Origin: a virus
DNA length: 64,000 bases
Virus genome (UHGV): UHGV-1493261
Direction: 5' to 3' (one strand)
Position numbers and translations under genes: made by a program. Shown in pieces: positions 8,827 through 19,058 of the stretch; within the stretch, counting starts at the first letter, position 1; every line of letters begins with the position of its first letter. The notes under the pieces are model-generated. The model made no database searches. It was given only the letters and a program-made list of their open reading frames with translations, and was not told the origin of the DNA.

Positions 8827-10257
8827 ATGATCCCTATCCTTGAAACAGTCCACCGACTTCGCGAAACCAAAGGCAGCAATGCGAAGAAAGCCGTGCTGAC
8901 CGAAGCATTCAAGAACAACCCAGACTTGGCAGACTTCCTGCAGTATGTCTATGACCCAATGACGTCGTTCTATCGGACTGAGTTGAAGCTCAGCGCGTAC
9001 CCTCGCATGCTCGTCCGTGAGAAGACCGATGACATTAGCGAAGTCTATGGCGTCCTCGACCAGATGGCGCAGCGCCTTGTCGGTGGCCAAAAGGCTGATG
9101 CCCTGTTGGCCTCTGTCGCCCTGAAGATGGATCCCCAATACCACGAACTCATTCAGATGATCCTAGACCGTGATATCAAGGCGGGTATCGCTGAGAAGGG
9201 CATCAATGCAGCGTTCAAAGCAGCGGGTGGCACAGGCCGACTGATCAACATTCTTCCGTATCATCGTTATGACAACATGACGATTGACCTGCTGAAGAAG
9301 ATGGACTTCAAGCGTGGTGTCTACAGCCAGCTGAAGTCAGACGGTATGTTCGCCAACATCATATGTCGGTACAATAAAGAGCCTGAGATTCGCTCTCGAT
9401 CCGGTTCCCTTATCGCAGGCGGTTCGGTTGACAACCTGTCACTGGTGTTCAAGGACATCATCTACGATGCGGGGATTGGTGAGAGTGTGTTCCATGGTGA
9501 ACTTCTCGTTGTTGACCTCAAGTCGAATACCATCCTGCCTCGTGCTGTCGGTAACGGTAAACTCAACAGCGTGATTCAGACAGGAGAACCCCTAGAAGAT
9601 CGTTATCGGGTGATCTACCGGGTGTGGGATGTTGTGCCGTATGAACAATGGTTCAACGCCCAGCGCGTGGATACCCCGTATGAGCGCCGCTTCGATATCA
9701 TCCAGCAACTGTTTGATGAAGACGACGGTCTGGTTCAGGTTCAGGAAACTCGTGTTGTTCACTCATTTGCCGAAGCCGTCGACCACTTCAAAGACGCGCT
9801 GGCTCGCAAAGAAGAAGGCACGATATGTAAGGCCGCAGACATGCCGTGGGAAGATGGTACTTCTTCTGAAGGTCTGAAGCTGAAGATGGAGGTTGAGTGT
9901 GACCTTGAAATCGTGGGCTTCAACGAGGCCGACAAGAAGGGTAAACACGCCAAGACTTTTGGCTCACTGATTTGTAAAACTTCCGACAGCCTGCTTGTTG
10001 TTGGCGTATCAGGGATCTCAGATGAGCTGAGACGCCATATGTGGGAGAACCAGGGCGATTACATTGGCAAGATCGCCGCAGTGCTCTCCAATGGCGTACA
10101 GGACAAGACAGACGATGCGATGAAGTCTTTGTTCCTACCTCGCCTTGTAGAAGTCCGCATTGACAAGAAAGTGGCCAACACACTGGATGAAGTCTATGCG
10201 ATACAGAAAGCGTACATCGAAAACATCGCATTCCTGTTGGAGAAGGGAAATGGGTGA
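8827..10257 (+). CDS. ATP-dependent DNA ligase (T4 gp30-like)
   Basis: 476 aa. Adenylation motif I KSDG (K-x-D-G); motif IV-like EEGTICK; motif V-like LKLK. Confidence 0.8.
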   Translation: MIPILETVHRLRETKGSNAKKAVLTEAFKNNPDLADFLQYVYDPMTSFYRTELKLSAYPRMLVREKTDDISEVYGVLDQMAQRLVGGQKADALLASVALKMDPQYHELIQMILDRDIKAGIAEKGINAAFKAAGGTGRLINILPYHRYDNMTIDLLKKMDFKRGVYSQLKSDGMFANIICRYNKEPEIRSRSGSLIAGGSVDNLSLVFKDIIYDAGIGESVFHGELLVVDLKSNTILPRAVGNGKLNSVIQTGEPLEDRYRVIYRVWDVVPYEQWFNAQRVDTPYERRFDIIQQLFDEDDGLVQVQETRVVHSFAEAVDHFKDALARKEEGTICKAADMPWEDGTSSEGLKLKMEVECDLEIVGFNEADKKGKHAKTFGSLICKTSDSLLVVGVSGISDELRRHMWENQGDYIGKIAAVLSNGVQDKTDDAMKSLFLPRLVEVRIDKKVANTLDEVYAIQKAYIENIAFLLEKGNG

Positions 10258-10483
10258 GTACATGAGTTTCTGGTGGGCGAAGTTCTTGGTTGAACTTCAG
10301 ATATCCGGCATCGTCTTCTTGATCGCCGTGATCCTAGTTGCCCGTTCGGCGTTCAAGCAATGGCGCTGCAAACACAGCACCTATCGTGAGAACCATGCTT
10401 GCCATGCTATCTGCACCCATTGCGGGAAGGATCTTGGGTTTGTGGGCACTGTTCGCAAGATGAAGAATCACAAAGAGGTGTGA
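10250..10483 (+). CDS. Small membrane protein with C-terminal Cys/His cluster
   Basis: Internal ATG of ORF 10160-10483 with GGAGAAGGGAA RBS; hydrophobic helix then HACHAICTHC. Confidence 0.4.
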   Translation: MGEYMSFWWAKFLVELQISGIVFLIAVILVARSAFKQWRCKHSTYRENHACHAICTHCGKDLGFVGTVRKMKNHKEV

Positions 10484-10487
10484 TCTG

Positions 10488-10745
10488 ATGGACGAGCTAT
10501 TCGCATTGGTGATTGCATTAACGTTCTTACTGTCCTTGATTATCAGCTCGCTTGTGTTGTTGCTGGTGTGGATAGCTGTTCCCGAGATCAATAACCACAA
10601 GGCGCTCGTTGTCGTGATTATCCTAGGTCTGAGTGCTTCCCTTACTCTTCACTATTCCAAACAGGAGTATAATCCTAACAAATATTACAAGACATTAGCG
10701 GACAAGTATCATGAGTTTAAGAATGAAAGAGCTTCCGGTAAATGA
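10488..10745 (+). CDS. Hypothetical membrane protein
   Basis: 85 aa with two hydrophobic helices; AGAGGTG RBS. Confidence 0.5.
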   Translation: MDELFALVIALTFLLSLIISSLVLLLVWIAVPEINNHKALVVVIILGLSASLTLHYSKQEYNPNKYYKTLADKYHEFKNERASGK

Positions 10746-10965
10746 CAAGAAGTACATGTACAAGGTTCTGCTGAGCCTCGGGGTGTCACAATCTGGGCTG
10801 GCTCGTTTATTGGATTGTTCTAATGTTGTGAACTACTGGGCGAAGGGATATCGTGTTGTCCCCCGCTCATTCCGTCGCTTCATCCTGGTGTTACAGTTCA
10901 TCAAGAAGAAAGGGCTGATGGAAGAGTTATTGCAATTTATTAAAGAAGAGGAACGCAAATGCTAA
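10711..10965 (+). CDS. Small helix-turn-helix protein (start uncertain)
   Basis: HTH-like GVSQSGLARLLDCSNVVNYW; candidate ATGs at 10711, 10723, 10759. Confidence 0.4.
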   Translation: MSLRMKELPVNDKKYMYKVLLSLGVSQSGLARLLDCSNVVNYWAKGYRVVPRSFRRFILVLQFIKKKGLMEELLQFIKEEERKC

Positions 10966-11618
10966 CAGAGTGGCAGAAGATGGAGTTCGAGCGGGCGTTC
11001 AACGTTTACTGTGTCTTCATGGCGATCAAGCTGCACTTCACCACTAAGGACTTCGATTACAGCTTGTATGGACCTATGAATTACAAGTTCGAGACGTTCT
11101 TGGCGAAGGAGGCCGTGTGCAAACAGTTTGCTCGCCTTGCCCGTCGGTTCGAGTCGTCACAGGGTGAAGTGGTAGAGAACTACATCATTGCCAACTTCAT
11201 CAAATCACCCAAGACATGGGTGACGACATTGCTTACACGCCAGGCTCAGGCCAATTATGATGAATACCGTAAGCTGTACGAGAACTTCACATATAACTTC
11301 CTTGAGGAGTTCGAGCGGGAGATGATCCCTGCCATAAGGGAGCGCAACTGCACCTTCATTGAGTACATCAAGGGGACGGGTACAGGTCATCCACCGTTGC
11401 TAACAGACATCATCATCAAGAAGTTCCCGATTTGGTTCCTTGTCGGTCTGAACAAGATCGTTGGTTTCATTCATCTATACGATACGATTCTGCGTGATGA
11501 CATCTACTGGAACTCAGAGGCGTTCTTGCTCAGGAAGACGAATGCTGTGGTTCCGGATGAGGATACCACATATTCAAAACAGAGACTCCGTGAGCTAATA
11601 CAAGCCCACGGAATCTGA
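10959..11618 (+). CDS. Putative helicase loader (T4 gp59-like)
   Basis: 219 aa (T4 gp59 is 217 aa); lies between ligase and the hub block; weak remembered similarity only. Confidence 0.35.
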   Translation: MLTEWQKMEFERAFNVYCVFMAIKLHFTTKDFDYSLYGPMNYKFETFLAKEAVCKQFARLARRFESSQGEVVENYIIANFIKSPKTWVTTLLTRQAQANYDEYRKLYENFTYNFLEEFEREMIPAIRERNCTFIEYIKGTGTGHPPLLTDIIIKKFPIWFLVGLNKIVGFIHLYDTILRDDIYWNSEAFLLRKTNAVVPDEDTTYSKQRLRELIQAHGI

Positions 11619-13613
11619 TTACCATTCCCACAGGATGCGGGAATTATCTGTTTTGTTCTCAGGCTCAAGATATGAGCTGTTGAAGTTATTGGTCGTGTTG
11701 ATCCTCTTAGAAGCATCCACATTCTGCTGTACTGGCATCACGACGCTGGCTGGAGGCGGTGAATAGCCGCCTTGTACTTGCTCGATATTAGACAGCGCCC
11801 TCCCTTGTGATGGCATGGCCCCACCCAGAGTACCACCCCCGATAGAACCATACGCAGCTTTCAGCTGAGAGGTGCGGTCATTAGCCATATTCTTGTGATC
11901 TGAAGACACACCAGAAGGTATCGGAGTCAGCGTCTGTGGATCGTTGTTCGGTTTTGGATCGTTGTTCGGTTTTGGTGACGTCTGTGGATCGATGTTCGGT
12001 TGTGGTGACGTCTGTGGCTGCGAGGTCTCTGCCACATTAGGAGACGGATTCTCATCAGTGTCAATCAGCATAGACTGGCGAGCCTCATCCATCTTCTGCT
12101 TCGCAGCCTGTCCACCCAGAGCGTCAGGGATGATGCTGACGAACTTGTCAACGATATCGAACATCGCATTGGTGATTGTGTTCAGCATGTTGAAGAAAGG
12201 TTTCTTCACATTTTCGGCAAATCCCTTCTTGATTTCGTCAATAACCTTGTTGGCCACACCCATGCCCTCGTCGATCACACTACTGATACCCCCTGTGATC
12301 CAGTCTACCAGCTTCATCAATTCCGACTGAAGGTTGTCTGCCAGCTTGCCAGGGATATCCGTAAGAGACGTGTCTCTCCCGATCCCTGCAAACAAGTCGT
12401 TGCTAATCCAGTCGATAATACCATTCAGCCAACGAGCGGGAGCCTCGGTGATCATGAGGGTGTATTTGCGCAGGGTTTCTCCCGCCTCGGTATCAAAGCC
12501 AAAGATCTTGGACACCCAGTCAAATATATCACCAAATCCACCAACCAGTTCTGATATCCCCGCCCGTACTCGGTCAACTATCGTGACAGCACCTTTACCC
12601 AGGATCTCCTTCGCATCAATGAAGCCTTTACCGAAGTCCCAGATCATAGACAGGAGAGCCAGTGGACCGACTTTCAGGAACTTGAACACCTTCCCAAATG
12701 GGCCCAGAAGTTTGGTGATACCTTCTCCCAGCTTGGAGAACATGCCGAGGAAAGTCCCGACAACACCACCGATGATCTTGAACGGCTTGAGCAAGAAGCC
12801 CTTCAGTGCATTCAGGCCAAGCATGGCCGCCACAGCAGCCCCGATACCGGAGGAATCGTCTTTCTGGTCATCGTCTTTGGGTATAACAGAACCCGCCTGA
12901 GGATGACCACCCGTTTCTTTGTCGGTTTCCCCACGGCGCATCTCGTCCTTCTCACGCCACTTCTGGTCTTCATCAAAGATGCGTGTCAACACTCCAACGA
13001 TATGACCGCCCGTGCGTCCAATCTTGTTTTCAATGCTAGACAAGCGAGTAAGGGTGTCATCGGAGTTCTTTTTCAGTTCAGCAACATCGTCACGAACCTC
13101 GATCATCACTCCGTCGATCATGTTCAAGAATGATCCCACGCGGACCAGAGACACACTCTGCTCGTCCATGCGCTTGAGGGTGTCATCATTGGCAGACTTC
13201 AGCTGGTCTGAGATCAGGTTAAGATACTCCAGGGACGTGTCATCTGTTGGCATGCGGGTGATCTCACCGAGGCGGTCAATCTTGCCTGCGATATTCTCCA
13301 GTTCCCGATTGCCTTCGTTACCCACATCGACAGTATCCTTCATCCATACGCTGAAGTCGCGGGTGAAGATCGGAGACATGCGAGCGAATCCCATGACGAT
13401 CTCATTGACTGTCGGGATACGGATTTCAAATGGCTTGGACTCGGCCTTGGTGCCCTGTTTAGTGGCAGATTCCAGCTTGGCCAGATTCTTGTTCATCCGG
13501 TCAAGCTGTCTGTTGGTTTCATTCTGAGCGCGGAGTTGTTTGCGCTGCATCATCTCCGCCTTGATCTTGTCTAGAACTTTGACAACATCATTGTTCGTTG
13601 CTTCCTGTGCCAT
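11619..13613 (-). CDS. Putative tail tape-measure / baseplate hub protein (gp29-like)
   Basis: 664 aa. Coiled-coil N-terminus, Gly-rich hydrophobic centre, Pro-rich repeat linker (PQTSPQPNIDPQTSPKPNNDPKPNNDPQT). Position matches the T4 hub block. Confidence 0.4.
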   Translation of the reverse strand: MAQEATNNDVVKVLDKIKAEMMQRKQLRAQNETNRQLDRMNKNLAKLESATKQGTKAESKPFEIRIPTVNEIVMGFARMSPIFTRDFSVWMKDTVDVGNEGNRELENIAGKIDRLGEITRMPTDDTSLEYLNLISDQLKSANDDTLKRMDEQSVSLVRVGSFLNMIDGVMIEVRDDVAELKKNSDDTLTRLSSIENKIGRTGGHIVGVLTRIFDEDQKWREKDEMRRGETDKETGGHPQAGSVIPKDDDQKDDSSGIGAAVAAMLGLNALKGFLLKPFKIIGGVVGTFLGMFSKLGEGITKLLGPFGKVFKFLKVGPLALLSMIWDFGKGFIDAKEILGKGAVTIVDRVRAGISELVGGFGDIFDWVSKIFGFDTEAGETLRKYTLMITEAPARWLNGIIDWISNDLFAGIGRDTSLTDIPGKLADNLQSELMKLVDWITGGISSVIDEGMGVANKVIDEIKKGFAENVKKPFFNMLNTITNAMFDIVDKFVSIIPDALGGQAAKQKMDEARQSMLIDTDENPSPNVAETSQPQTSPQPNIDPQTSPKPNNDPKPNNDPQTLTPIPSGVSSDHKNMANDRTSQLKAAYGSIGGGTLGGAMPSQGRALSNIEQVQGGYSPPPASVVMPVQQNVDASKRINTTNNFNSSYLEPENKTDNSRILWEW
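11937..12024 (-). repeat. Intragenic tandem repeats encoding a Pro-rich linker
   Basis: Plus strand shows ggatcgttgttcggttttg twice, then gtgacgtctgtggatcg(a/t)tgttcggtt(t/g)tg twice. Confidence 0.6.
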
Positions 13614-13624
13614 GGGTCACCTCG

Positions 13625-15013
13625 TTAAACCTTCTGTGCTTGGCCTTTCTCAATCGCCTGAGGAGTAGTGGTGGAAGCAGTTGTCTGATTGGTCTGAGGT
13701 GGAAGCACCTGCTCCAGCAAACTGTCCTTGGCAATCTCAGCGATGCACTGATAATCTTTGGTCAGGCGGGAAATCTTGTGACGCACTTTGGTCACGATAT
13801 AGTGGCCTGTCGATAGCTTACTTAACTCTGCCAGGTTTTCGTTCTTCTTAGGACGGTTGGACTGGTCTTCGACGTAGAACACCTGACCGACGTTCAGGCG
13901 GTTATCACCAACGAGCAACACGCGCATCACAGTGCTGGCAAGACTGAAGTTGATAACACGACTAGCATAATCAATCTGCTCCGCTCCATCCGGCTGGGCT
14001 TCAATGTAACGGACGTTCTGACGATTGAATTCATCTGAGAACATCGGGAACGGATCAAGGTGAGCCGTCTCTGCAAACCACTCAGTATAGATGCGCTGTG
14101 TTGGGGTGACTGTCTTGGTCTCAAAGTCGTAGACGCGCTCGTTCACCGCCAGGACATCGCGGTAGTTTGCCATGAACTGGTCACGCGCCAGCTTCTTCTC
14201 TGCCTTGATGATCGTGCGCATAAAGCGCTCAGAGTTGAAGTTGTTATCCTGCATGAGCGGCGCGTCCTGAGGATCACGGAACAACTTGTTCTGTTGAGCT
14301 AGTTCCTGCTTCTCTTCTGCTGTCAATGACTGGCTACCCTGGTTGAACAACGTCGTCAGGCTCTTGAAGTGATAGCCATTGAAGTCTTCATAGAACACGA
14401 ATGGCATGAACAATTCGTCATAAGAACGGCTCGCCATATAATCAATAGATCGCAGCACAGGCCAGAGAGGGGTGGCGAACCGCTCTTGAATTCCATATGA
14501 CGGGTCGATGTCTTCGAACTTGGTGCGCGACTCCAGCTGATTGAAGATTGTCTTCGCCATGTCAGAATACGAACCGTCAAGACCGAGGGAGCATCGGATC
14601 ATGCTGTCCTTATAGGCATCGGTGGTCACCATGTGCAACCAGAATGCTTTCTTGGACGAGCTGTTGGACTCATCAGCTACGCGCCCAACACGCGCTACGC
14701 GCAGGGAGAGAGTGGTGTAATCCGAGGCCGCCGGACTCTTGAATGACACCACAACTTCTTCGCCACCCAAGATAGGCATTGTGTCAAGAATGTCCCACCC
14801 CTCTTTTATCAAGACATTGGCTGTAAGCGATGGAGATGACTTCCCTTCAAGACCCAGATCCTGGAAGACGTTGAACTCCTCAAACAACGCCGTCAGGTCA
14901 TATGGCGTTGGTGATCCGCCCTGGGGTGTATGAGGGAGTATCGCCATATACTTCAGGTCAAATGTTGTTGACGGTGTTACAATACCGTCTTGGGTCTCTC
15001 TGTTTTCGATCAT
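13625..15013 (-). CDS. Putative baseplate/tail assembly protein
   Basis: 462-aa ORF in the minus-strand structural operon; no diagnostic motif recognised. Confidence 0.45.
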   Translation of the reverse strand: MIENRETQDGIVTPSTTFDLKYMAILPHTPQGGSPTPYDLTALFEEFNVFQDLGLEGKSSPSLTANVLIKEGWDILDTMPILGGEEVVVSFKSPAASDYTTLSLRVARVGRVADESNSSSKKAFWLHMVTTDAYKDSMIRCSLGLDGSYSDMAKTIFNQLESRTKFEDIDPSYGIQERFATPLWPVLRSIDYMASRSYDELFMPFVFYEDFNGYHFKSLTTLFNQGSQSLTAEEKQELAQQNKLFRDPQDAPLMQDNNFNSERFMRTIIKAEKKLARDQFMANYRDVLAVNERVYDFETKTVTPTQRIYTEWFAETAHLDPFPMFSDEFNRQNVRYIEAQPDGAEQIDYASRVINFSLASTVMRVLLVGDNRLNVGQVFYVEDQSNRPKKNENLAELSKLSTGHYIVTKVRHKISRLTKDYQCIAEIAKDSLLEQVLPPQTNQTTASTTTPQAIEKGQAQKV

Positions 15014-15564
15014 TTCGCCAACTCCTGCTCCAGCTGATTGACAAACGAAGACACATAATCTGGGTCGAGTACTTGGATGTTCCGTTTGGCTTCATTCTTA
15101 CTGATTGCATCATCATGATATGAAACTGCCGTCAGACCATAGTTAGCAATTATGGACGGCTCATCCAGGTCTAGGTTATATGCAAATTTGATAGCACGGG
15201 CGTCGGTCACGTTGTTGAACTGGTCGACATAATAGGCTGTATCCCACATACCATCGATGCCGTAATCTGCAGTCAGTTCTTCAATAATACGGCGTTCCGG
15301 TTTCGGCCAGTCCTTATTGATGTCCATGATGCCGTTTATCAGACAAGGTATCCAAAACAACTCGAAGGATCCGTAAACGCGTTCTGCGAAAGACCTTGGG
15401 GTTTCCCCCTCTTGAATCGTATACGGCAGGAGAAGCCCTTCGATGTCCTTAATTTTCTGTAAGATCATCACCCGGCGCGTTAAGTTCTGTAACAGCACCT
15501 GATCATTCTCTTGGACATCTTGCAATTGATGCCAAACAAGTGGAAACTTCTCAAAATATTTCAT
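15010..15564 (-). CDS. Putative baseplate hub-associated protein
   Basis: 184 aa (T4 gp28 is 177 aa); overlapping start/stop with neighbours. Confidence 0.4.
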   Translation of the reverse strand: MKYFEKFPLVWHQLQDVQENDQVLLQNLTRRVMILQKIKDIEGLLLPYTIQEGETPRSFAERVYGSFELFWIPCLINGIMDINKDWPKPERRIIEELTADYGIDGMWDTAYYVDQFNNVTDARAIKFAYNLDLDEPSIIANYGLTAVSYHDDAISKNEAKRNIQVLDPDYVSSFVNQLEQELAK

Positions 15565-15575
15565 GGCATCCTCTC

Positions 15576-16544
15576 TTAGAAGCTATCGCCTTCGGTTTCA
15601 AAGCGCCCTTTATGCAGAGGCTCCAGTTCGATGAAGGTCATGTCAACCTGCGTGGACACGATACCATCATCTTTGTGAACCGCGTATGAACTGTCCGGCG
15701 TCTCGTTGACGAACATGTTGGAAAGTACACAAGTGGAGATGCGGTGCAGCCACTGGTTACGCTCCCCATTGACCATGAACGTAATGTCGAATGTTGAAGG
15801 ATGCAAGTAAAACGCGCTGGAATTCTTGTTGTACTTGTACTCTGGGTACATGTGCATCTTGAACATGCGGATGATCTCACGGACCATTTTGGCTTCCTTC
15901 TGAGATCGCGGCGTGAATTTGAATGTAAACGGAATCTCACGGTTGCGTACCCCCTGGAAGATCATCTCCACATACGGGTTGGTCATCGTACCAGTGAACA
16001 ACTCAAGGGTGTCATGAGCGTTGATGGTAGGCATGAACGGGATAGCCTCCGATGCAGACTGAATGGCCTTGGTCGCTGCAAATCGACCCATTTCCTTCCC
16101 GACGTTGAGCGCATCACCCAGTTTAAACTGAGTCATGTCTTGGGCGGCGCGGGAAAGGAACTGTGCCCCCATACCAGCCAGCCCCAGCTCGCTACCGTTC
16201 CAGCCAACGCCATAGTTGGTTGTAATGGACTCGGGCATACAAAGTACGATAGACTCGTTTGAACGAACGTGACGCGCCCATGCATATTTGGTGATGGAAC
16301 CAGACTTGGACCCATAGACCACAGGAGTATTCCCCAGAGGGTTCTGTATTGGGTTCTCGATAGTCTGAGTAGCCGTGTTGCCATAAGATGAACCGGAGAT
16401 GCGGTTGATGTTGAATAGGACATAGTGTCCCAAGGTCTTACCCCCAGTGACGTCTAGGGGATAAGACAATTGCTTCTGAGCCTGGGACAATCCCTTCGTG
16501 TTCAGAACCTTGATCTTATCGATTGTCTTTTTGAAGTCGGACAT
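15576..16544 (-). CDS. Putative baseplate/tail-tube initiator family protein
   Basis: 322-aa first gene of the minus-strand operon; assignment by position only. Confidence 0.4.
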   Translation of the reverse strand: MSDFKKTIDKIKVLNTKGLSQAQKQLSYPLDVTGGKTLGHYVLFNINRISGSSYGNTATQTIENPIQNPLGNTPVVYGSKSGSITKYAWARHVRSNESIVLCMPESITTNYGVGWNGSELGLAGMGAQFLSRAAQDMTQFKLGDALNVGKEMGRFAATKAIQSASEAIPFMPTINAHDTLELFTGTMTNPYVEMIFQGVRNREIPFTFKFTPRSQKEAKMVREIIRMFKMHMYPEYKYNKNSSAFYLHPSTFDITFMVNGERNQWLHRISTCVLSNMFVNETPDSSYAVHKDDGIVSTQVDMTFIELEPLHKGRFETEGDSF

Positions 16545-16594
16545 AGTCTCAGCCCTTAAATAGATAGAGTGTTATGGCTATTTAGGACTAGATT

Positions 16595-17209
16595 ATGAGC
16601 AACTATCTTCAGGGGAAGTACACCCCAGTTAATCCCAAGAAGTATCAGGGGAATGTGAATAACATCATCTTCCGCTCTTCGCTGGAGTTGGTGGCTTTCA
16701 AGTTCTGTGATATGAACTCCGCGATAGTGAAGTGGTCTAGTGAGGAGACCGTAATCCCTTACATTTCCCCAGTCGACGGGCGCACCCATCGTTACTTCAT
16801 GGACCTCAAGGTCTGGACGCGCCGTGAAGGGCAAGAGGAACTACAGGTCACCCTCATTGAGATCAAGCCCAAAGACCAGATCAAGCAGCCGAAGAAGACT
16901 CCGAACATGAAGGAGTCGACATTCAACAATGCGATGCGAACCTGGTTGGTCAATTCTGCCAAGTGGGAGGCCACCCGCGAACTGTGTGCCAAGAAGAACT
17001 GGAAGTTCATTATCTGGACCGAAGAGCATCTTGTTCCAGGTGAGGATCCGGATGTTCGTAAACAGTTTGAGCTGAAGTCGAAAAAGAAACGGGATATGGA
17101 GATGCAAGATCGCCGACATGCTGAGCGTGTCAGGGTGCTGAAGGAACAGATGCGGAAGGAGATTAAACCCGCCCCAACGGAGCGGGATGATGGACTTCTA
17201 TTACCTTAA
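16595..17209 (+). CDS. PD-(D/E)xK-like protein, possibly head-completion nuclease-like (gp4-like)
   Basis: 204 aa. D...E-x-K arrangement (PVDGRTHRYFMDL ... LIEIKPK); basic C-terminal tail; divergent from the hub operon. Confidence 0.3.
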   Translation: MSNYLQGKYTPVNPKKYQGNVNNIIFRSSLELVAFKFCDMNSAIVKWSSEETVIPYISPVDGRTHRYFMDLKVWTRREGQEELQVTLIEIKPKDQIKQPKKTPNMKESTFNNAMRTWLVNSAKWEATRELCAKKNWKFIIWTEEHLVPGEDPDVRKQFELKSKKKRDMEMQDRRHAERVRVLKEQMRKEIKPAPTERDDGLLLP

Positions 17210-17418
17210 CTTCTTTTGTGGCCAGGGGCGTAGCAGGTATGCCTGTCGCGCCCGATTTGCCAGCCGTCTGCTCGCGCCTGTTTGACACAATCACCCCAAG
17301 TCTCACCAGTGTATTGTTTGAACCCGCACTTGGGGTGATGCTCTTCCCAAGCCCAACTGCACGCCTTGCAATCTGAGCATTCACAATAAAGATCGATGGT
17401 GTAACCTGAAGTGATCAT
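17206..17418 (-). CDS. Hypothetical Cys-rich small protein
   Basis: 70 aa with 6 Cys (CECSDCKAC ... C). Confidence 0.45.
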   Translation of the reverse strand: MITSGYTIDLYCECSDCKACSWAWEEHHPKCGFKQYTGETWGDCVKQARADGWQIGRDRHTCYAPGHKRS

Positions 17419-17420
17419 AA

Positions 17421-17828
17421 TCAGTCTTCTAGGTGATCGTAGATCTTCTGACGGAACGCATTACCACCAGCACAACCCTTGGCCAGCAGGTGGGTGCCGC
17501 CCGTACCGATCACGCTGATTGTTGAGAAGCCCAAGATACGGCCTGTGATGGACTGATCAACCTTCACTGTCTCCACCTTACCGATGCGCAACTCATCAGC
17601 ATCACGACGGATGAAACCACGTTTGACGATGACGCGCTTGTTAGTCACAGCGAATTCAGTTGTCAATACATTTAAAATTGTTGGTATCAGAAATAACAAG
17701 CTGAATCCAAATGTTGGGATAAACGTTAAAATAACCAGAACGTAAATCCAAAAACCGCTCCACCAAGTCGGGCGGGTGAAGGCAATAACGTGCTCGTCTT
17801 TGCCGAGCATACGATCTACATAACGCAT
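17421..17828 (-). CDS. Membrane protein with bacterial PH (bPH_2/YdbT-like) domain
   Basis: 135 aa. Two N-terminal TM helices, then VTNKRVIVKRGFIRRDADELRIGKVETVKVDQSITGRILGFSTISV, typical of bPH domains. Confidence 0.55.
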   Translation of the reverse strand: MRYVDRMLGKDEHVIAFTRPTWWSGFWIYVLVILTFIPTFGFSLLFLIPTILNVLTTEFAVTNKRVIVKRGFIRRDADELRIGKVETVKVDQSITGRILGFSTISVIGTGGTHLLAKGCAGGNAFRQKIYDHLED

Positions 17829-17838
17829 GATAAATTCC

Positions 17839-18348
17839 TTATTTGTCAGGGTTCACTAAAACAGGGGTGGATACCAGTTCGCCGTTCTTCACAGAATGCT
17901 GGACTACAACAAACTGATCGACCATGCGATATACTTCAATTCCAGCAGCCAGCATGTCAATAATACCGTCTATGATACGATATGGTCGGTCATAGAACAC
18001 TTTAGCGATCTTGCCACTGTCGATAATACGACGGGTGCACTCTGGGCATGGACTATGAGTGACAAACATCACCAGGCCACAACAGTCTTCGGTGTGCTGG
18101 GGGAGTTTGCTCAGAGCATTCTCCTCGGCGTGGATAACACCAACCGATACCAGTTGACCGTCTACTTCCTTCTCACAGACATTAGGAGCGCCAGGAGCAG
18201 TCCCGTTCCAACCGATAGACAGGGGCTGGTCAACACGCGGGTCAACGATAACACAGCCGACCTTCAGGCGCTGGGCATAGCTGGACAGAGCGTATGCATG
18301 AGCCGAGCGCATATGCGCAAACAACATACGGGGTTTGATAGCCATCAC
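17839..18348 (-). CDS. dCMP deaminase (cytidine/deoxycytidylate deaminase family)
   Basis: 169 aa. Zinc-binding HAEENAL and PCPEC motifs. Confidence 0.85.
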   Translation of the reverse strand: MMAIKPRMLFAHMRSAHAYALSSYAQRLKVGCVIVDPRVDQPLSIGWNGTAPGAPNVCEKEVDGQLVSVGVIHAEENALSKLPQHTEDCCGLVMFVTHSPCPECTRRIIDSGKIAKVFYDRPYRIIDGIIDMLAAGIEVYRMVDQFVVVQHSVKNGELVSTPVLVNPDK

Positions 18349-18659
18349 ATCACCAGTTTCTTTTCAAGGAGGAAGATCATGTCGTCTTGGTCTGCACGAC
18401 CAAAGATCTGACCCATGGCGACCATCTGGTGGACTTCCCTGACAATGATTTCTTTGCCAGGAGTAACTTCATCCAGGTCCATGATAGTGCTGACGCGGTC
18501 TACCATGCGCGGCGGGTGATTAATGTAGCGCTGCAGGTACTTCTCACGAGTGGCGATCAGGTTGTTCAGCTCGGACAGCTCTGTCTCTTCTTCTGAGAAG
18601 CGCTTTTCCTTCGCCTGTAGTTCAGACAGACGCTCATACATTTCTTTTAATGGGGTCAT
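18345..18659 (-). CDS. Hypothetical coiled-coil protein
   Basis: 104 aa; overlapping stop/start with dCMP deaminase. Confidence 0.5.
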   Translation of the reverse strand: MTPLKEMYERLSELQAKEKRFSEEETELSELNNLIATREKYLQRYINHPPRMVDRVSTIMDLDEVTPGKEIIVREVHQMVAMGQIFGRADQDDMIFLLEKKLVM

Positions 18660-18728
18660 TTCCGGTTCCTCTTAATAAACGAAGGGAAGTATATACTCCC
18701 CCTTCTTCAATAACCGCTGAATCTTTAT

Positions 18729-19058
18729 TCAGAGATAAGATTTACCGAGTTCGGTCAGGCGATAGAACGTCACCTCAGTGTTCGGCCAGTTCACGTAAGA
18801 ACCGTCATGAACCATTGAGCCAGCTGGTTCAATCAACCCTTTGGACAACAGGGAAGCCCCAGTGCGGGGGTTGCCTTTGACGGAGGTGAAACCACCAGCG
18901 TTCGGGCATACCTGGAACGTCCAGACGGTGTTGCCCTTGTCATTGGTCCAGGATTTGGGATGAAAGTACCATTCACCATAACGGCAATGACCTTTCTCAA
19001 AGTTCAACATTCCTAAAAGGACGCAGAGTTGATGTCCTGTGATGCGTGGCTTTTTCAT
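18729..19058 (-). CDS. Hypothetical protein
   Basis: 109-aa ORF. Confidence 0.5.
   Translation of the reverse strand: MKKPRITGHQLCVLLGMLNFEKGHCRYGEWYFHPKSWTNDKGNTVWTFQVCPNAGGFTSVKGNPRTGASLLSKGLIEPAGSMVHDGSYVNWPNTEVTFYRLTELGKSYL

Noticed and set aside
13012-13527. Plus-strand 171-aa ORF (and similar ORFs at 12334-12900, 11944-12330)
   Set aside because: Antisense to the 664-aa structural gene; Ser/Arg-rich low-complexity translation.
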